Virus record (IMG/VR): IMGVR_UViG_3300025896_000021
DNA length: 64,000 nt
Direction: 5' to 3' (one strand)
DNA from: a virus
Lineage: Duplodnaviria; Heunggongvirae; Uroviricota; Caudoviricetes
Shown: piece by piece, positions 19,706-29,616 of the stretch
Layout of the letters: each line of letters opens with the position of its first letter
Position numbering within the stretch: the first letter of the stretch is position 1
Notes under the pieces: model-generated
The model's input: the letters and a program-made list of their open reading frames with translations, nothing else
The model's database searches: none
Told to the model about the DNA's origin: nothing
Translations under genes and position numbers: made by a program

Positions 19706-22153
19706 TTATGAAGTGGTCAAAACAGTTGTAACTTGACTAAAGTTAGTAAATCCCCACACACGATACGCTTGCCCGGATATAGTAATATTACCGGACGCAT
19801 CGGGTGTATCTACAATGTCTGAACCTAAGAAAATGTGTTTGAAAGTATGTGCGGTGTTGTTCGGCGTAGCTAACCATAGATAGTTAGACGCAGTAGTAGT
19901 TGTATTTGCTCCTTGACCTGTTGCGAAATTGTTACTGTTACGACTGTCACTTGTTGTAAAAGAAGGGATAGTGCTATTTGCCGTTGTTTTCCAGAACAAC
20001 GGATAATATTTTGTTGCTGCTGCTACTGTTCCAGTAACTGCTGTTGGGATAGTTCTTTGTCCTGCACCGAATCCACCTGTACCATTATAGTCAGATGAAG
20101 TTATTGTGTACACATAAGTGCTATCTACTGAAGGGCTAGTACCTGATACTGCACCGGTCGTTGTTAGTGAACCGCTGATGCTAGCAGTTGCATTTGAATA
20201 CGTTACGTTACCAGTTATACCCGTAGCTCCTGCGGTAGTAGTTGCATTCCAGTTGAATGTTTGATTCAAGCTCCAATAAGGAACTGTACTACTAGTTAGT
20301 GTACCTGATAGTGCAGTAACGTTAAACGGTACTGGTTGATTGTTTGTTAGTGTGGTGCCACTACTAGTTTGTAAGCCACGGTTAGTTGTTAAGCTGACTG
20401 ATACAGTATCAGTTGCTTGAGTTTGAACTGTAGTGCTTAACATGCTACTTGGAATAGTATATGTACCGCCGGTACCTGTAATACCCAATCCAGTTAGATT
20501 TGAACCAGTAACAGTAGAACCGTTAATTGTAATTGTGTCGCTAGCTTGGATACTAAAAGTAGCATTAGCTAAAGTTAATGTTATTGCAACGTTCTGAGTA
20601 TTGATAGTGCCAGCGATGAAGTTTGCATATGCATTCTTGCTAGTTCCACCACTAGCCCATACATCAGTTGTACTTAATGAAATTGGACCCAATTGATCTA
20701 GCGTAAATACTCCACCTGGATATGTAAGATTAGAGTAGTCAACTGAGAAATTAAGTGCAGAACCCACGACAATACTTGTTACATTTGATGTTACTAATAC
20801 ATTAGCGGCTCCGCCTAATGCTGTGCTTCCGGCAACCCATGATAAGTTACCAGCACCATCAGTACTCAATACATAATTACTAGTACCACCTGAGATGTGT
20901 ACATTACTTACAGTACCTAACGATACGTTACCCGATACGCTTAGGTTGCTTAATGTACCTAAACTAGTAATATTTGGTTGAGCGTTAGTGGTTAGTGTTC
21001 CTGTAAAGTAGTTCGCAATGACCACATTACCTAAATTCGCACTAGTTGCAGTGATATTCCCTGTGCTGATAGCATCACTAGAAACTGTCGTGTTGCCAGT
21101 TGTTATACCATTACTCGTAACGCTTGTATTACCTGTTGTTACAGTAGTTGTCGTAATAGTACTGCCAGTAACTGTCGTGTTACCAGTAGTCAATCCAGTT
21201 GAGCTTACAGTTGTGTTCCCTGTGGTTACACCTGTACTTGTTACACTAGTGTTACCAGTAGAAATCCCGTTGCTAGTAATCGATGTGTTACCAGTTGTTA
21301 AACCAGTATCAGTGATGCTGGTGTTACCAGTAGTTACTGTTGTTGTAGTAACTGTGTTGCCTGTGACCGAAGTATTGCCAGTTGTTAAACCAGTTGAGCT
21401 AATACTAGTATTACCAGTTGTAAGGCCCGTAGTACTTACAGTAGTATTACCTGTTGTTACTCCGGCATTGCTAATACTAGTATTACCGGTGGTTACCGTA
21501 GTGGTAGTTACTGTATTACCAGTAACGCTCGTGTTGCCAGTAGTCAGTCCGGTTGAGCTAACTGTAGTGTTACCGGTAGTTACTCCATTTGAAGTAATAG
21601 CAGTATTGCCAGTAGTCAGTCCAGTTGTGCTAACTGTAGTGTTACCTGTAGTGACACCAGTGGTACTAATTGTTGTGTTACCGGTAGTTAATCCAGTATC
21701 AGTGATACTTGTGTTACCGGTAGTTACTGTCGTAGTAGTTACCGTATTACCAGTAACACTAGTATTACCAGTAGTCAGTCCAGTTGTACTAACTGTAGTG
21801 TTACCTGTAGTGACGCCGGTTGTACTAACAGTTGTATTACCAGTAGTGACACCAGTCGTACTAATAGTTGTGTTACCGGTAGTTAATCCAGTATCAGTGA
21901 TACTTGTGTTACCGGTAGTTACTGTCGTAGTAGTTACCGTATTACCAGTAACACTAGTATTACCAGTAGAAATTCCGTTACTACTAACTACAGTGTTACC
22001 AGTGGTAACTGCACCGTTCGATATAGCGACATTAGCAATAGTTGTACTAACTACTGCGGTCTTTGTCCATGAGTATTTTGTCGAGCTATAGACATAGGTA
22101 TATCCACCTGATACATAGGTTTGACCATTATACGCGGGGGATGGAAATGCCAT
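19706..22153 (-). CDS. Fibre protein with a long Thr/Gly/Asn 12-aa repeat tract
   Basis: TTGNT(S/T)(V/I)xxxG(V/L) repeats across ~21050-22010. Confidence 0.75.
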   Translation of the reverse strand: MAFPSPAYNGQTYVSGGYTYVYSSTKYSWTKTAVVSTTIANVAISNGAVTTGNTVVSSNGISTGNTSVTGNTVTTTTVTTGNTSITDTGLTTGNTTISTTGVTTGNTTVSTTGVTTGNTTVSTTGLTTGNTSVTGNTVTTTTVTTGNTSITDTGLTTGNTTISTTGVTTGNTTVSTTGLTTGNTAITSNGVTTGNTTVSSTGLTTGNTSVTGNTVTTTTVTTGNTSISNAGVTTGNTTVSTTGLTTGNTSISSTGLTTGNTSVTGNTVTTTTVTTGNTSITDTGLTTGNTSITSNGISTGNTSVTSTGVTTGNTTVSSTGLTTGNTTVTGSTITTTTVTTGNTSVTSNGITTGNTTVSSDAISTGNITATSANLGNVVIANYFTGTLTTNAQPNITSLGTLSNLSVSGNVSLGTVSNVHISGGTSNYVLSTDGAGNLSWVAGSTALGGAANVLVTSNVTSIVVGSALNFSVDYSNLTYPGGVFTLDQLGPISLSTTDVWASGGTSKNAYANFIAGTINTQNVAITLTLANATFSIQASDTITINGSTVTGSNLTGLGITGTGGTYTIPSSMLSTTVQTQATDTVSVSLTTNRGLQTSSGTTLTNNQPVPFNVTALSGTLTSSTVPYWSLNQTFNWNATTTAGATGITGNVTYSNATASISGSLTTTGAVSGTSPSVDSTYVYTITSSDYNGTGGFGAGQRTIPTAVTGTVAAATKYYPLFWKTTANSTIPSFTTSDSRNSNNFATGQGANTTTTASNYLWLATPNNTAHTFKHIFLGSDIVDTPDASGNITISGQAYRVWGFTNFSQVTTVLTTS
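21050..22010. repeat. Coding tandem repeat, 36-bp period (with 51-bp variants)
   Basis: Encodes TTGNTxxxxxGx units; synonymous positions are diverged. Confidence 0.85.
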
Positions 22154-22166
22154 TTATATATGTTCC

Positions 22167-23438
22167 TTAAAAAGTCGGTGGTAAAAAGTCGTAGAAGAAA
22201 TCACTAGTACCATCAGTGACCCACATGTATAATCGTTGTTCGCCATCGTCCCCGATGTAGAACCAACAATCACCGTAATTAGGATCAATTGATTGTGCTT
22301 GCGGTGGTGCATTTCCTGAGTAGAACTTACTTGCCCATGCAGAAGTATTATCTCCTCTTGAAGTCAATAATTGACCTACGCTACCAAAACTTCCTCCTAG
22401 CGAGATTCCATTACCTAAAGTAATATTACCATCAACGCTTAAGTTATTTAGTGTACCTACACTAGTGATGTTAGGTTGTGCATTTGTATACACTGTCCCA
22501 GCAACTATACTGTTTTGTACTTGCTGTGTCCAATTTAAATTACCAGTACCATCAGTAGATAATACATATCCAGTGTCTCCACCTGTAATTTTTACTGTAC
22601 CTACATTACCAAATGTCTTCAGCCCACTAACAGTTAGTGTACTCAATGTACCTACACTAGTAATATTTGGTTGACTTGCTGTTGTTAGTGTACCAGTTAA
22701 CGTGTTTGCACTGATATCGTTCGTTACCGATAGTGAAGTTAATGTACCTACACTAGTAATATTTGGTTGAGCATTGCTAGTCACAGTGACTGCGGTGTTT
22801 GCATTAGTTGCATTACCACTTAAGTCACCGATAAAGATGTTAGCTCTTAAATTTCCTAATTGATTTATCGTAACATTGTTATCCACAATGCTTACGTTAC
22901 TTGCTACGACAAATTCGCTGTTTGCATTCTTCCAACCGATAAATGCATCGATTGCAGAACCATCATAATAATGCAACAGGGATCCGCGATCTCTGTTGTC
23001 GTCTGTTGTTAGCGGGGCGCCATTTGCATCGCCGCCTTGCTCAATAATTGAGTCTTTGATGTAAAGATTAGTTACGTTAGTGTATTCTAATGTTCCACCT
23101 ACAGTCAAGTTACCCGAAAATACTGCATCACCTGCAGATAATTCACCAGTGTATGTTGGTAGATAACTAGCTACGTTAGCGTTACCGTAAGTTGATGTGA
23201 TGCCAGTTAGAAAACTGCCATTACCTATAAAATAGTTTCCGCGTACTGCATTGCCCAAATTAGCATTAAGAGATACGATATTCCCAGAACTAACAACATT
23301 ACCAGTAACGCCAATACCACCGGCTACTTTTAAAGCACCAGTGGTGTTGCTTGTGGATGCATCTTCACCGCTGATAACCAATACGGTATCAACAGTTGCG
23401 TTTCCATAAATTCTAGTACCTGATCGTAATAATGCCAT
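22167..23438 (-). CDS. Fibre segment protein
   Basis: N-term MALLRSGTRIYG; 'TGALKVAGGIG' motif; AQPNITSVGTL repeats; C-term 'LYMWVTDG..DFFYDFLPP'. Confidence 0.7.
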   Translation of the reverse strand: MALLRSGTRIYGNATVDTVLVISGEDASTSNTTGALKVAGGIGVTGNVVSSGNIVSLNANLGNAVRGNYFIGNGSFLTGITSTYGNANVASYLPTYTGELSAGDAVFSGNLTVGGTLEYTNVTNLYIKDSIIEQGGDANGAPLTTDDNRDRGSLLHYYDGSAIDAFIGWKNANSEFVVASNVSIVDNNVTINQLGNLRANIFIGDLSGNATNANTAVTVTSNAQPNITSVGTLTSLSVTNDISANTLTGTLTTASQPNITSVGTLSTLTVSGLKTFGNVGTVKITGGDTGYVLSTDGTGNLNWTQQVQNSIVAGTVYTNAQPNITSVGTLNNLSVDGNITLGNGISLGGSFGSVGQLLTSRGDNTSAWASKFYSGNAPPQAQSIDPNYGDCWFYIGDDGEQRLYMWVTDGTSDFFYDFLPPTF

Positions 23439-23459
23439 CTTTTTCCGCCTTACATATAC

Positions 23460-23693
23460 TTATGTAATTCCTGTGACCTCGTCAAAAACTCCAGAAATTT
23501 TAAGTACACCCGTATTTAGCTGTTGCATAGCCATGCCATTTTCAGGGCCAGTATATTCATCCAAAGTATAAGCAAACACCCCATTAGGGGTGATGCTTAT
23601 GTTGCTTTGACTAATTTCGTTAAACCCTACACTACCAGTAGTAGTAGTGTAGAGTGTGCCGTTGTTGTTTAATCTAGCTGCGACATTAGACAT
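23460..23693 (-). CDS. Small adaptor protein ('ARL..NGTL ... FDEVTG')
   Basis: 77 aa; homologous to the two ends of 28133-29068. Confidence 0.7.
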   Translation of the reverse strand: MSNVAARLNNNGTLYTTTTGSVGFNEISQSNISITPNGVFAYTLDEYTGPENGMAMQQLNTGVLKISGVFDEVTGIT

Positions 23694-23704
23694 TTCACTT
23701 CCAA

Positions 23705-26700
23705 TTAATTGAAGATGAAGTCTAAGCTATTTGCAGATGAGTTAAATTGAATATACGCCTTACTAGCAGTTCCACCGTTGTTATCAGCAAATCCTACAGA
23801 TTTACCTGCATAGATATTACCAGTTGCTGCGATACCACCTACTACAGTGACTGCACCTGCTGCTGCACTAGTTGCTGCTGCACCGTCTGTTACAGAGATT
23901 GAACTTGCAGCAGTGATGTTATTACCACTGATGTTACCAGATACGTCAAGTGTACCAGTTACGTTAGCGCCAGTTCCTGTGATAGTAAGAATTGTGTTTC
24001 CACCACTTACTAAGATTACATCACCGTTAACAGTTGGGATACTTACATTACTAGTACCATTAGAGATTTTATCTGAGCTAATAGTGCCCCAGCTTAGAAC
24101 GCCTGCCCCATTAGTCTTCAAGTAATCACCTGCGCCGCCGCCAGTCAATGTTACATTACCAACTGCACCTAGATCAGTAGCACCTGATACTATCAAGCTA
24201 GTCAATGTACCAAGTAATGTGATATTGCTTTGAGTAGCTCCGGAAACTTGTGCAGCCAGAGTAGCGTTAGCAACTGTACCTTGAACTTCAGAACCAGTTA
24301 AGAATGTCAATGAAGCACCATTACCACTTACAGAAGCAGCAGAAACTGCACCAGATGCAGTTACATTAACAGCAGTCAATGTATCAGTACCTGTATTGTA
24401 TGATAAGTTCGCACTATCAACTAACAAGCCAGCAGAACCAGCAAGAACGATACGACCAGCAGTGCTTAGGTTACGTGCAGTAACGTTAGCAGCAGTGATG
24501 TATCCAGAAAGATTTGCGTTGACTGTAGACAATACGTTGCCGTCTGCATCGAATGTTAGGCCAATGCTGTCAGTTAGTTCTCCACCAGTTGTAGCAAAAG
24601 TGATACTACCTGCAGTCAAACTAGCAGTCTTCAAGTTACCAGCAGTTACCATACCAGAGATATTAGCTGTACCAGTAACTCCTAATGCAGTACCACTGAA
24701 TGTTAAGTTTGTGCTGTCAACTAATTTACCGCCAGCAGCAGCAAAAGTTACTGAACCCTCAGTTAATGTGTTAGCATAAACATAGGCTGAATTAACAGTA
24801 GTTGCATTAACAGTAGTAGCGTTTGCAGTAGTAGCAGCAACTGTAGTCGTAGACAATGTACCATCAGCAAATGTCAATGCAACAGAACCTGTTAACTCTT
24901 GTCCAGCGCCAGCAAATGTTACTTGACCAGCAGTCAATGAACTATCAACAATATTACCAGCTGTTAATAACCCAGATACATTAGCTGTACCAGTAACTAC
25001 CAATGCATTACCATTGAATGTCAAGTTTGCGCTTGCAGCTAAATCATTTACTACGTTACCATCAACATTACCTGCGTGGAATTGAAGTTGAAATTCAGAA
25101 CCTGAAGCAGTTTGGAAGTCGATTGGTGTACCGTCTGCATATTGATATACATCAGACTTGAATGAACCTGCAGTTACAGCACCAGTTACAGCTAAACTAG
25201 TTAGTGTTCCGACTGAAGTAACGTTAGGTTGTGCAGCAGTTGTAAGTGTACCTGTTAATAAAGTAGCAGAGACTAAGCTAGCACCGGTGATGTTACCAGT
25301 TACGCTTACATTACCTGCTGTTACATTACCGGTACCTAAATCTAAGCTGTCACCAGTAGCTGCACCAATATTTGGAGTAGTCAATATTGCGCCTGCGATG
25401 ATAGCTAAGTTGCCACCAGATACAGTCAAGGTGACCTCGTCGGTCAATGCACTGAATACGCCGCCGTTTAATGCAAGACCATGAGTTGCTGAAAGTTGGC
25501 CAGCGCCAGAGAACTGTGTCCAAGCGATTGGATCAGTGCCTACTGTGATAGTTCCGTTCGTAGAAACAACCCATCCTGAATCAGATTGTGCAGTACCTTC
25601 TTCAACGAAAGTAAATGAGCCAGCAGTAAGTTCGCCCGTTGCATTAGCGTCAACAGCACGAGTCCATGAACCACCGTCAACTACGACATAGATACCGTTT
25701 TGGCTAGCAGTTGTTTGATCTTTAACAAGTACACGATCACCTGCAGCTAATAAAACACCGTCAACTGTTTGCGTACCACTTAGTGTAATGTTCACCATTG
25801 TAGCTGCACGTACAGATTCTTTAATATCTAGACCTTGTGCTGCACCGTCAACATAACCTTTTGTAGCAGCGTCAGTTGCATTAACTGGAGTTGCTAAGTT
25901 AGTAATTGTACCTGCACTAGCATCAATAACACCTGAAAAAGCGTTTAAAGTAATTCCACCTGCCACTGTTGAAAGTGTCAATGAAGTTGCACCAGCAACG
26001 TTTGGAGTGTTAACTGTACCTGTTACATTTACGTCACCCGCAGTAGATAAACTACCACCAGATACGTCACCAGTAGCGACAACTGTACCAGCTGTTGATA
26101 AGTTACCAACAGTAGCAGTATCAGATACGCTAGCAGTTCCTGTAATAGTAGTTACACCAGCAGCTAATGTACCAACTGATGTTGCACCAGCAGATAAATT
26201 ACCAACTGTAGTATTACCAGTAACACCTAGTGTAGTTGTAATAGTTGCGCTGTCTAGTGTAGAAGCACCAGCCGTAAACGTAGTAACTGTAGTAGCATTT
26301 GCTGTCAAAACAGCTAATGTAGTAGCGCCAACGACACCCAATGTACCACCAACGTTAGCGTTAGTAGTTACGCTTAAATTAGGAGCAGTTAAAGTTTCAG
26401 TAGCATAAGTAAACCCGCTAGCACTAGTTAATTTGCTACCATCAGCAAACACAACTTGAGTAGTTGACAAGTTATTAGCAGTTACATTAGCACCAGTGAT
26501 AGCACCAGATGCAATAACTGTTACAGCAGATATTGAATTAGAAGCTACAATATCAGCTACCGACAACGTGTTAGATAAATTAATTCCACCATTACCAGTT
26601 GTAGTAGTTGAAATCGTTTGCGTACCGATTCTGATACTGCTACCAGACAACCATAAGTCTCTCCATGCTGCGCCTTCGCCACCTAGATCATACGTTATGT

Positions 26701-28090
26701 CTGCTGATGGGAGCAAGTTACCAGTTACTACACCGGAAATTGCTAAGTCACCAATATCTGCTGTACCAGCAGTAGTGATGTTACCACCAGTTACTAAACC
26801 AGTTACAGTTGCATCACCACCAGTTACTAAACTACCTGCAGTAAGAGTACTTGTAATGTTTGCTGTACCAGTTGCAACAATATTTTTGATATTCAATGCA
26901 CTAGATGAGCCAGTTCCATCAATATTTGCACCAGTCGTAAATCCACCAGCAGCGTTTGCAACACCGGTAATAAACGCGCCTAGCGTTACGTTAAGATTTG
27001 CAGTAGTGCTGATATTACCAGATGCAGTAACAGTAACAGTTGTTACGTCACCAGCAGTTGTCAAGTTACCACCAGATACATTACCAGTTGCAGCTACAAC
27101 ACCAGCAGTTGTCAAGTTACCACCAGATACATTACCAGTTGCAGCTACAACACCAGCAGTTGTCAAGTTACCACCAGATACATTACCTGTTACACTAGCA
27201 GTAGTAGTTACTTCTAATGAACCTACGTTAGCAAGGCCTGTTGCCGTAACTGTTCCACCAGTAGACAAGTTGCCACCAGTGATTGTTCCTGTTGCAGTTA
27301 GTGCATTTGATGCCTTGTTGAATGTAAATCCAGCAGTTGCATTTTGAGCACCATCATCATTGAACTGAACTTGAGTATTATCACCCTTAGCAGCAATATT
27401 ACCTGCAAAGTTACCATAGATGTTTCCACCAACGTGCAAGTTAGCAGTAATACTAGCACCGCCGGCGACTTTAAGTGCACCAGTTGATGTTGAAGTTGCT
27501 TCAGTAGCGTCACTGAAAGTTACAACACCGCTAGCAGTAACAGTAGCTAGATTAGCTGTACCACTGACGCTTACGCCAGCTAGAATACCAACACTAGTGA
27601 TGTTCGCTTGTGCGTTGTTAACAACATTACCTGCAAATGCAGCCATGTTAGCACTAGCTACTGTACCAGTTACTTCTTCACCAGTTAGATTAGTAAGAGT
27701 ATCACCGTTACCAATGAAGTGAGCAGCATGTACATTACCGTAGTTAGTAATTTCAAGAACATCACCTGTATTCGTGACAGATTTTGCTAATACAAATTCC
27801 CCGGCAGCAGTGTGCCAGCCCATGAATCCATCAACTGCTGCTGAGTTAGCAGTGTCAAACGTATGAAGCAATAAACCACGTTCTTTACCATCATTAATCG
27901 TTAGTGCCGCACCATTGGCGCCGCCGCCTAATTCGATTAACGGATCAACTAATGTTGTTGTAGTTGTGTCAACTGTTGTTGTAGTACCTTTAATTACCAA
28001 GTTACCACGAATTGTTACGTCTGTTACATCAAGTGCGTCATTAACTGATAATGCACCGTAAACTACCGTACCGCCTTTTAATTTTGCCAT
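23705..28090 (-). CDS. Long fibre protein (1461 aa)
   Basis: N-term MAKLKGGTVVYG; 'DAATKGYVD...SVRAAT...GDRVLVKDQT...NGIYV' phage fibre module; 17-aa repeats; C-term 'IQFNSSANSLDFIFN'. Confidence 0.75.
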   Translation of the reverse strand: MAKLKGGTVVYGALSVNDALDVTDVTIRGNLVIKGTTTTVDTTTTTLVDPLIELGGGANGAALTINDGKERGLLLHTFDTANSAAVDGFMGWHTAAGEFVLAKSVTNTGDVLEITNYGNVHAAHFIGNGDTLTNLTGEEVTGTVASANMAAFAGNVVNNAQANITSVGILAGVSVSGTANLATVTASGVVTFSDATEATSTSTGALKVAGGASITANLHVGGNIYGNFAGNIAAKGDNTQVQFNDDGAQNATAGFTFNKASNALTATGTITGGNLSTGGTVTATGLANVGSLEVTTTASVTGNVSGGNLTTAGVVAATGNVSGGNLTTAGVVAATGNVSGGNLTTAGDVTTVTVTASGNISTTANLNVTLGAFITGVANAAGGFTTGANIDGTGSSSALNIKNIVATGTANITSTLTAGSLVTGGDATVTGLVTGGNITTAGTADIGDLAISGVVTGNLLPSADITYDLGGEGAAWRDLWLSGSSIRIGTQTISTTTTGNGGINLSNTLSVADIVASNSISAVTVIASGAITGANVTANNLSTTQVVFADGSKLTSASGFTYATETLTAPNLSVTTNANVGGTLGVVGATTLAVLTANATTVTTFTAGASTLDSATITTTLGVTGNTTVGNLSAGATSVGTLAAGVTTITGTASVSDTATVGNLSTAGTVVATGDVSGGSLSTAGDVNVTGTVNTPNVAGATSLTLSTVAGGITLNAFSGVIDASAGTITNLATPVNATDAATKGYVDGAAQGLDIKESVRAATMVNITLSGTQTVDGVLLAAGDRVLVKDQTTASQNGIYVVVDGGSWTRAVDANATGELTAGSFTFVEEGTAQSDSGWVVSTNGTITVGTDPIAWTQFSGAGQLSATHGLALNGGVFSALTDEVTLTVSGGNLAIIAGAILTTPNIGAATGDSLDLGTGNVTAGNVSVTGNITGASLVSATLLTGTLTTAAQPNVTSVGTLTSLAVTGAVTAGSFKSDVYQYADGTPIDFQTASGSEFQLQFHAGNVDGNVVNDLAASANLTFNGNALVVTGTANVSGLLTAGNIVDSSLTAGQVTFAGAGQELTGSVALTFADGTLSTTTVAATTANATTVNATTVNSAYVYANTLTEGSVTFAAAGGKLVDSTNLTFSGTALGVTGTANISGMVTAGNLKTASLTAGSITFATTGGELTDSIGLTFDADGNVLSTVNANLSGYITAANVTARNLSTAGRIVLAGSAGLLVDSANLSYNTGTDTLTAVNVTASGAVSAASVSGNGASLTFLTGSEVQGTVANATLAAQVSGATQSNITLLGTLTSLIVSGATDLGAVGNVTLTGGGAGDYLKTNGAGVLSWGTISSDKISNGTSNVSIPTVNGDVILVSGGNTILTITGTGANVTGTLDVSGNISGNNITAASSISVTDGAAATSAAAGAVTVVGGIAATGNIYAGKSVGFADNNGGTASKAYIQFNSSANSLDFIFN
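27049..27187. repeat. Perfect 51-bp tandem repeat (~2.7 copies)
   Basis: Unit caccagcagttgtcaagttaccaccagatacattaccagttgcagctacaa, encoding GNVSGGNLTTAGVVAAT. Confidence 0.9.
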
Positions 28091-28132
28091 TTTAAATTTC
28101 CTTTATTTCTTTATGTTTCTTAGTTTATAGTG

Positions 28133-29068
28133 TTACGCACTTATACCGGTATACTCATCAAACTCATTTGCAACTAATAGTGATCCAGATTTTCTCTGTT
28201 TCATCTTACCGTTGTAATTAGTTGATAATGGGGTGAGAGCATCATACGTTGCGCCACCGACGTTAGTGACAGACTTACTGGAACCAGAAGTATCTGTTGT
28301 TAAAGCACCTGTATCTGCCATAGTTAATAGCAATACAGTAGCTGAACTTGGGATAGCAGCAATATTAACGCTGCTAGATTGTGTAGCACTGAATGGCTTG
28401 ATAGGAGTACTAAAGTTTCCAGTGTACACTGCTAGCCCTTTTACTACACGAAAATTTGTAACGTTTCCAGTTAGGAATCCGTCAGTTACCCCTGCTGATC
28501 CGCTTTGACCAGTAACACTTGCGTTGACTTCTCCGCCAATTGCTAGTGCTCTAGATGTAACTGAAGTATACGGAGAACTATCTGTAATTACTGAAGTTCC
28601 GTTAACATATACTTTCACATGAGTCGAATCTGTTTTTACTAGTGCAACGTGAAACCATTGATTTTGAGGAACTACATTAGATCCGCTACCAACTGGAGCA
28701 TTGGTACCATTCCAATAATAAAGAGTTGATCCAAGCATCTCAATGTTGTCACCATCTGGGAAAGACCAAAGACGTTGATACGATGTTGAAGTTACAAAGA
28801 ACCATCCTTCAATCGTAAAAGCTGCACTTCCGAATTGGAAATCGCCGCTACCGACTACTGACAAGTATTGACTTGTACCGTCTAATTTAACCGAGCCGCC
28901 GGATGGTTGACCACCTGGTAAAGTAACTTCATCAAATTCATCAGCGAATATATGATCCACTGTGACTTTATGCCCTAAAGGAACAGAACCATCTACGCCG
29001 TATTCATCGAATGAACCCGCAGTTAATAAGGTGCCGTCGTTTTTTAATCTTGCGCCAACTGTTGCCAT
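28133..29068 (-). CDS. Adaptor protein with an inserted LamG/concanavalin-A-like lectin domain
   Basis: 'FTIEGWF...NQWFHVALV...KVYVNG...G.VTNFRVVKG.AVYT.NF' LamG signature. Confidence 0.8.
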   Translation of the reverse strand: MATVGARLKNDGTLLTAGSFDEYGVDGSVPLGHKVTVDHIFADEFDEVTLPGGQPSGGSVKLDGTSQYLSVVGSGDFQFGSAAFTIEGWFFVTSTSYQRLWSFPDGDNIEMLGSTLYYWNGTNAPVGSGSNVVPQNQWFHVALVKTDSTHVKVYVNGTSVITDSSPYTSVTSRALAIGGEVNASVTGQSGSAGVTDGFLTGNVTNFRVVKGLAVYTGNFSTPIKPFSATQSSSVNIAAIPSSATVLLLTMADTGALTTDTSGSSKSVTNVGGATYDALTPLSTNYNGKMKQRKSGSLLVANEFDEYTGISA

Positions 29069-29074
29069 ATTTTT

Positions 29075-29599
29075 TTATCCATTAAATTTAAAATCTATAC
29101 TATTGGCAGTGTTGTTAAAGTCAATTATTCCCTTAGGAGATGTTCCTCCACCGGTCAAATTGATATTTCCACCCACTGTCAAATCTTTCTGAATCCCTAC
29201 TCCACCCTCGGTGACAAAACTGCCCGTGATAGTAGATGTAGAATCTGTATTACTATTTATGATAAGTTGATTATTAATAGCTACAGTGTTAATATTTGCA
29301 CTGTTTAGAAACACGTTTCCGGCTATAATTCCGGATGCGTTTGCTGCAATCACTTGCCCATTTATATCAATATTACCCGTAAGATAGAAATCTTTGTATC
29401 TACTAGCTGAATTTGCTAAAGATAATACTCCGTTCCCGTTCGGGATCAAATTTGAAGTTAGTAACGCTACTGATAAGTTTGCCGTTTTTACCGTGTCCGT
29501 AGCATTGACGTTGGCGACATTAGCGTTACCGCTAGCCGCATCTAATGTTATATTTCCAGTGGTTAACCCACCTTTAACATTAAAATTCTTTGTTGTCAT
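29075..29599 (-). CDS. Short fibre segment/adaptor
   Basis: N-term MTTKNFNVKGG; 'TGSFVTEGGVGI' motif; C-term 'IDFNNTANSIDFKFNG'. Confidence 0.7.
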   Translation of the reverse strand: MTTKNFNVKGGLTTGNITLDAASGNANVANVNATDTVKTANLSVALLTSNLIPNGNGVLSLANSASRYKDFYLTGNIDINGQVIAANASGIIAGNVFLNSANINTVAINNQLIINSNTDSTSTITGSFVTEGGVGIQKDLTVGGNINLTGGGTSPKGIIDFNNTANSIDFKFNG

Positions 29600-29616
29600 A
29601 TACTGTTTTGTTCCAA

